The notes under the pieces are model-generated. The model did no database searches. It was not told the origin of the DNA and saw only the letters and a list, made by a program, of their open reading frames with translations. Below are positions 57,482 through 64,000 of a DNA stretch of 64,000 bases, in pieces. Source of the stretch: Eledone cirrhosa (Eukaryota); the NCBI GenBank assembly GCA_964016885.1, contig OZ024743.1, forward strand, positions 60,450,001 to 60,514,000. The letters run 5' to 3'. The position numbers and the translations under genes are program-made. Position 1 is the stretch's first letter. Every line of letters begins with the position of its first letter.

Positions 57482-59665
57482 TTGGTACTTGGATTTCCAA
57501 TTCATTGGAGAGAACCGGCCGTAGTTCGCCTTCAAGTTCATCTACCTGAGGAAAATCAAATCTTCTTTCGGGTCCATGCTGCTGTTAAAGTAAACAATAA
57601 CATAGCTAAGACGACTCTCACTGAGTTCATGGATCTTTGCGATCGCGATCCGTTTGCAAAAACATTGTATTATGCCGATGTGCCAAAGTTTTACACTTGG
57701 AGTAATAAGAGATGGGAAAGGAGAAAGGTGGGGAAAACAGTTGAGCAGTATCCAGGGAGTTTTGAGGCGAACGTTTTGGGACGAGTATACACTGTTTTTC
57801 CACGAAGTGGTGTATTATTTAAGACCCCTTCTGCATCACGTCAAAGGGCCAGTATCCTTCAACTCTTTGAAAATGTGTGATGGAGAACTCCTGCCATTGT
57901 TCAAAGACGTCTTCAGAGACAAAGGTTTGCTTCAATCGGATGATTATTGGCAGCAAACTCTGGAAGATGCTGAGCGAACAAGGCTTCCCAAAGCCATGAG
58001 AGATCTATTCATCGTGCTCCTCACAAATACGGAAATTGACAATTCCAGTACTTTATGGGCTCGATTTAAGCATTCTCTGTCTGAGGATTACCTTCAAATA
58101 GAAAAAAGGGCTACCAGAAACTCTAACCTTTTGGTTAGCGAGAGACATTATGATGTCTTCTGTATTTTGAAGACAAAGTTAACGACCTGGGCAAAATTCT
58201 TAGTGACTTTAACTTGCCAAGGCCAAATAATATTGTTGCTAATCAGGATATTGGCAATTTGGAGTTATTGCATGAATTGCAATATAGCAGAGAAGAGCAG
58301 CGACGATTTGTAGAAGAGACGGAACCTCTATTGAATAGTGAACAAAAACACGTGTACGACTTCGTTTGTAACAGTTTAGAGATGAACACATCTGCATTGA
58401 TTTTCATTGACGCTCCAGGTGGAACAGGAAAGACATTCCTGATTAACTTAAATCTTTCAAAAGTCAGGGGAAACGGTGACGTGGTTATTGCTGTTGCGTC
58501 ATCTGGCATTGCCGCAACACTGATGCCCGGTGGAAGAACAGCGCATTCTAGGTTCAAAATACCGATAGTAGTCAAAGAAAATAGTCTGTGCAACATTGAT
58601 AAAAACTCAAAGACGGTAAACCTCTTCCAGCATACAAGGCTGATTGTTTGGGATGAATGTCCTATGATTCGGAGGGAAAGCTTCGAAGCTGTTGACCAAT
58701 GAGACATTCGGTGGAATTTTGACAATTTGCTGTGGCGATTTCCGTCAGCTTCTTCCGGTAGTGAAAAGGGGAAATGAAGCGGACGTGGAAAACGCCTGCA
58801 TTAAAAATACCTACTTATGGCGAAGCTTCAAAAGATTTCAGTCGAAGACAAACATGCGATTGAGTGAGGAAGCAGGAGACTATTCACAGTTCCTATTGGA
58901 TATTGGAGAAAATAAGATTAAAAAAATGAAAATGAGGAAATTATTTTGCCAAAAGAAATGGTTCTCCAAGCAACAACTATGGAAGAATGTATTGATTTCA
59001 TCTACCCCTCATTCGACAATCCAGCTGAAGTGTTTTCGAACAATTGCATCTTAGTACCTCTCAATGAAATGTTGAGAAGCATCAATTCCACCTGTATCAG
59101 ACTCTTCCCTGGAACCATAAAAGACATATCTATCGTTGAATCCTATAATTCTGTGAGTGATGGTGCCAATGCCACTCATTTCCCGACTGAATTCCTTGAT
59201 TCGGTTGAACTATCAGGACTGCCACCACCTAACCTGGAATTGAAAAAAGGATCACCAATAATTCTTATGAGAAACTTGAATCCTCCAAGGCTTTGTAATG
59301 GAACGCGCATGATCGTGGAAGAACTGCACGACAATCTCATAGTAGCAAGAATCAACACTGCAGCTTTCAGAAATGAGATCGTTATGATACCTAGAATAAG
59401 AATTAATCTATCTGAAGGTGAGGATATCCCTTTGCAGCGAAGCCAATTCCCAGTTCAATCGTGCTTCGCTATGACTATTCATAACGCACAAGGACAAACT
59501 ATGGAAAACGTCTTGGTTTATCTGGAACGACCTGTATTCCAACACGGTCAACTGTATGTAGCCCTTAGCCGCGGAAAACGAAAAGAAAATGTCAGAGTGT
59601 TTCTGAATGATACCCAGTCAACTAAGAATGTTGTCATCAAAAGCATTCTTTTGAACAAACTGTAA
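57482..59665 (+). pseudogene. Helitron RepHel C-terminal part with PIF1-family helicase, frameshifted
   Basis: PAVVRLQVHLP, YYLRPLLHHVKGPVSF, FIDAPGGTGKTF, VASSGIAATLMPGGRTAHSRFKIP, IVWDECPM, GDFRQLLPVV, RNLNPPRLCNGTR, FAMTIHNAQGQT and FQHGQLYVALSR across five overlapping ORFs. No HUH Rep motifs are visible. Confidence 0.95.
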
Positions 59666-60494
59666 CAGTGTAAATATGAGAAAATGTTGATTCCGACGTC
59701 AGAAAATGAAAAGAAAATGAAAAACTAAGACAAGTAAAAATAATTTCTTTCAAATTTTTGTAAATAAAACTAGATTTTCATTAACATTGCAACTTTTTAA
59801 GCAGAAAAATCTTTCAGAACAAACAGTCAAGCATCCATAGAGATATAGAAAAAAAAATTTTGAAGTGGAGTGATTGGATAGCTATTAGTGAAAAATGATT
59901 TGATATTTTCTTTGTGAAAATACTTCTGAATAATACAGTGAAAAGACAAGTTTCACGTAAATCGGACCACGGGTTCCCGAGATACCTTTTTTTCGGGTAC
60001 CTTTATAAATATCCAGATCAGCGCAAAATGGGACAATACTTTGAAAGTAAGGTACCATTGAAATGTGAATACAACCGCAGATAGTTGTTGTGAGAGAGAG
60101 AGGGGAAAAGAGCTGGTGGTGTTGTTCAATGAAATTATAACGGGTGACTTCAAAGAATCGAATACAGCATTGCTGTATCTAGCTTGAATTTGGTGACTGA
60201 ATATTAAGTTATATGTATCTTATAACTTGCGTTAGGACATGGTGTATGTGTGTGCGTATCTGTAACCAGTGTATATAGGCCACAGACACCCACACACACA
60301 AACACATATATATATATATATACACGTACATATACACACACACATACACGTATATATATATTGGCTTTCCAATGTCATTTTACATTATATACATTTTATG
60401 TATATTTTAATTATTTAAAAAATATTTTTAAGTGAACATGACCCAACGGGTCACGGGTGGTCTAGTATATATATATATATATACACACATATCT

Positions 60495-60554
<60 letters not shown>

Positions 60555-60628
60555 TATACATATCTATCATATCTATATATATATATATATACATATATAT
60601 ATACATATATATATACATATATATATAC

Positions 60629-60699
<71 letters not shown>

Positions 60700-60701
60700 C
60701 A

Positions 60702-60880
<179 letters not shown>

Positions 60881-61000
60881 AATTTATGTGTGTGCAAACA
60901 GAGGAAAGTGTACTTAAGCACGAAACTCATACATTTCAAGTCAATGGTATTTCTTCACTTTTGTATTATGCATACATACATTCACACACACACACACACA

Positions 61001-61074
<74 letters not shown>

Positions 61075-62089
61075 TATACATATACATATGCAGTGAAGGA
61101 GGAAAGAGAGAATGAGGGACGGAAATATAGAGAATAATATTATTTTTCAAAAGGTCCCTTACATGTACGTTCTTATCAATTTCTTTATTAGTTTTTAATA
61201 TCCGTTAATAACCATAATTATCCATTGATCTCATCATGATATCTGTATTTCATCAATGTTTTTCTATGAATGAAATATAGGACATTAAAATGTGTGTACG
61301 TAATTTCATAGTTTTATACACACCTACGTATTGAGATTGGCAATATAATGATTATTGATGTGCGTTTGGTCTCCCATAGTTTTACACACATACGTATTTA
61401 AATGTACACAATGTTGTATCTAATGGAAAATAATAGTTATTATAATGTGTATCTGCCCTCTCATAATTTTTCATACACATACCTATTCACAGTAACACTG
61501 AGCTGATTAAAGAGAAAAAATATGTTATTATTACTGTCTACTTTCTAAACATATATTCAAATTTTATATATAAAAATAAAATACTCCGATTGCTAATTCA
61601 TAAACTTAAAAAGAAAAATATTTTCTCGCATTCTTTTTCTCACTCTCTAGAAATAATGTTTTAGGAAATGTTGAAAACATATATTTAATGACAGCAGGCG
61701 GTACTACAGTACATATATATGTTTGATTTATGAGAGTTTATACAAGTAATTTCCACACACATGTACATATATATATATCACATAGTTTTAGTATTTTCAA
61801 ATATATGCAAAACATTTTTTTAAAATGTGAATGTTTGAAAAATCACTAAATAATTAATATGCGCAAAATAGATATATCATTATTAATAATTCAGGATGTA
61901 TGTAGGTATCTAGACCACATCTCTTTTGTTGACAAACGAATCTATTTAGAGGTAGTGTGTTTGCCGTTGAATCAGCCGGCTCGTGGTATTGGCTGAGCAT
62001 TCCATTAACACATGTACAGTTAACACTATTTTCATGGGGTCTGGCGTGACACATGTTTGACAAGACTGTCCCTTTGAACTACAGGTACA

Positions 62090-62284
62090 CAGACTTGCCA
62101 ACCTTTAAAAACCCAAACGGGGAGTATCATGAAAAAAAGTGCTCCAAAACGGGGAGAAATGAAGCAAAATGGGAATATTTTACATGATGAAAGCTATACC
62201 TATTTTGACAAGAGAAGTCATCTCTCACCCATCCCAAAGTGGATGGGAACTCTGGCCGTCAGATGAGGAGAGTTGACAGGTCTG
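62090..62284. mobile_element. MITE (same family as 39638-39868, opposite orientation) inserted in SINE family B (61960-62400)
   Basis: CAGACTTGCCAAC...GTTGACAGGTCTG, flanked by a 6-bp TSD GGTACA. Confidence 0.85.
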
Positions 62285-64000
62285 GGTACAACTCCCATAT
62301 TTTCGCAGCTGTGTGGACTAGATCAACGTAAAATAAAATGTCTGGCTCAGGAGCACAACATGCTGCCGTGAATCGAACTCACGACACGGGCTTCTAACAG
62401 TAATGATGTTCATCGACACCTACAATCACTTTGAAAATCCTTTTTAATTTGTAGTTTATACCTTTTGCCTTTTGTTTTGATTCTACTTGTTTGATCTTGT
62501 GTGCCCAATATCAATATATCGATAAAGTAGTAGCATCCATTCAATTCATTTTTAATTAAGCCAATCTAGTTTATTTACAATCTCTTGTTTTCATAATTGA
62601 ATTTTTTAAAAGAGGTGGGCATGCTAGGTAGAACTGATTATCTTTATGATAACACAATATTTTCTCTTTTATAGCGTTGTTATTGTGCTGCAAATATTCA
62701 ATGTTAATTATATTTATTAAATTCATTACATTCAGTTTTTCAATAGTACAGGGCTTCCACTGACCACATATATAGTACATACCTAGCTCTCTATATTAAT
62801 CAATTATCTGGAGATAATCAACTATATGTGCTATATCATATGCTTCTGAAAGAAACAGCAATAGTAATTTAAAATGCCGATGTGCTGCGAATTACACTGA
62901 CAAAGTATGAAACTAAACATGGCCAAATGTTTTATTTAGGAATAACAGTGATCATAGATAGGTGTCAACAAAGACGAGATGTCAACGATTTTAACTTCCT
63001 TATTCATATTCACATACTCTGAGTAAAAATACAATACTTGTTTATAAGCAACTCTAAGCCCATATGCAATTATAAAGGTTTTCATTAAAGTATATTTCTA
63101 AGAAATATGTTGTCTACGTGTTTCAAATCATTTCGAAAATAATTAAGTATTTGAAGGAGCTTAGTAATATAACTGGTTTTCTCATTACTAAACTGGGTTT
63201 TAGATCGTATCATATTAAATGTTCTTACATGAAATTATTATGGAAGGTTTTTTTTTTAGATAAATATAAACACTTTAAAACAAAGTTTTGTATCATAGAA
63301 TTTTGGTTGGTTCCAAGGCGGTTTGACATTAAAAGACTTTCTCATCAATTACAACAGTAGTTCATTTTATACTTTATTGTGATAGCATGTGTGTATTCTT
63401 CTATTCATAAAGTTCTTTTTTAACTATGTTTCTCGTAGGGAGGTCAGTTTATCCATAACATCCATTATTTTCACCACTGAATAAATCCCTATATTTTAAA
63501 CTAGCCATTGGTCATTTTTGTTAACAATTATCGATCTCTAGAGAACATCATATTTTATCATGTCTCCTTTTAATACAATTTCTGTATAACAAATAACAAT
63601 ATTGTCAGTGTATTTGAACATAGGATGGCTACAAAATAATATCATCATCATAGATTCCATGACATGACCATTCCGTGTATCCAGGGATACATGTTATTAA
63701 CAAAACAAAAAGCGTTTTTCAAACCGGACGTGGTATTAGACAATGATTCTTGACACACAGAGTTCAACTGATGACTCTTCGGAAGTTCCAAGAGAAGAAG
63801 ACAATGGGGATGATTCATCATTTCTATTTCGCCAAAAGAGACGATCCCAAATATATTCTCATTTAGTTTGATATTGCTCATTCAGTGTTTGAAGATAATG
63901 TCAGAATACGAGGGTAATATTCCACTCTCCCTTTTATTCATATTACTAGTTTCACAACAACCTCAAAGAATTTGATTTCATTATTCTTTTATTCTATTAA

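Larger units (their letters stand above)
55730..60465 (+). mobile_element. Helitron (~4.7 kb), internally deleted
   Basis: Probable 5' end A|TCTATATACTAC, 3' hairpin TGACCC-AAC-GGGTCA followed by CTAG|T, and an internal RepHel remnant. The 5' boundary is less certain than the 3'. Confidence 0.8.

Noticed and set aside
57482-59665. Host PIF1 helicase gene
   Set aside because: It has Helitron-specific upstream motifs, multiple frameshifts, and a hairpin-CTAG terminus.
63640-63930. Possible exon in non-repetitive sequence near the window end
   Set aside because: Only short frames, no recognisable motif and no convincing splice pair.

Overview
AT-rich, microsatellite-saturated metazoan DNA. The SINE, LINE and Penelope repertoire and the TTAGGG-type repeats point to a mollusc, most likely an octopus (inference). 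There is one 200-nt assembly gap. Most listed ORFs are artefacts of (TA)n, (CA)n, (GA)n or triplet repeats. Two host coding segments are credible: a 3'-terminal exon of a membrane protein (13641-13892, +) and an intact single-exon 430-aa CDS (53767-55059, -) whose N-terminal coiled coil resembles vertebrate PRR16/Largen and INSYN1. The rest is mostly decayed mobile DNA: L1/Tx1, R4/Dong, RTE and CR1-like LINEs, Naiad-type Penelope-like elements (PLEs), mariner and hAT remnants, a MITE with 6-bp TSDs, two SINE families, and a ~4.7-kb Helitron carrying telomeric repeats between inverted repeats. The strongest unexplained signal is a dense set of more than a dozen type I hammerhead-ribozyme (HHR) motifs from several unrelated sequence families, mostly with palindromic stem III. 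They sit in short non-coding tandem or fold-back cassettes embedded in (TA)n tracts, and one family shows compensatory base changes between copies. All calls were made by eye without database searches, and element boundaries are approximate.
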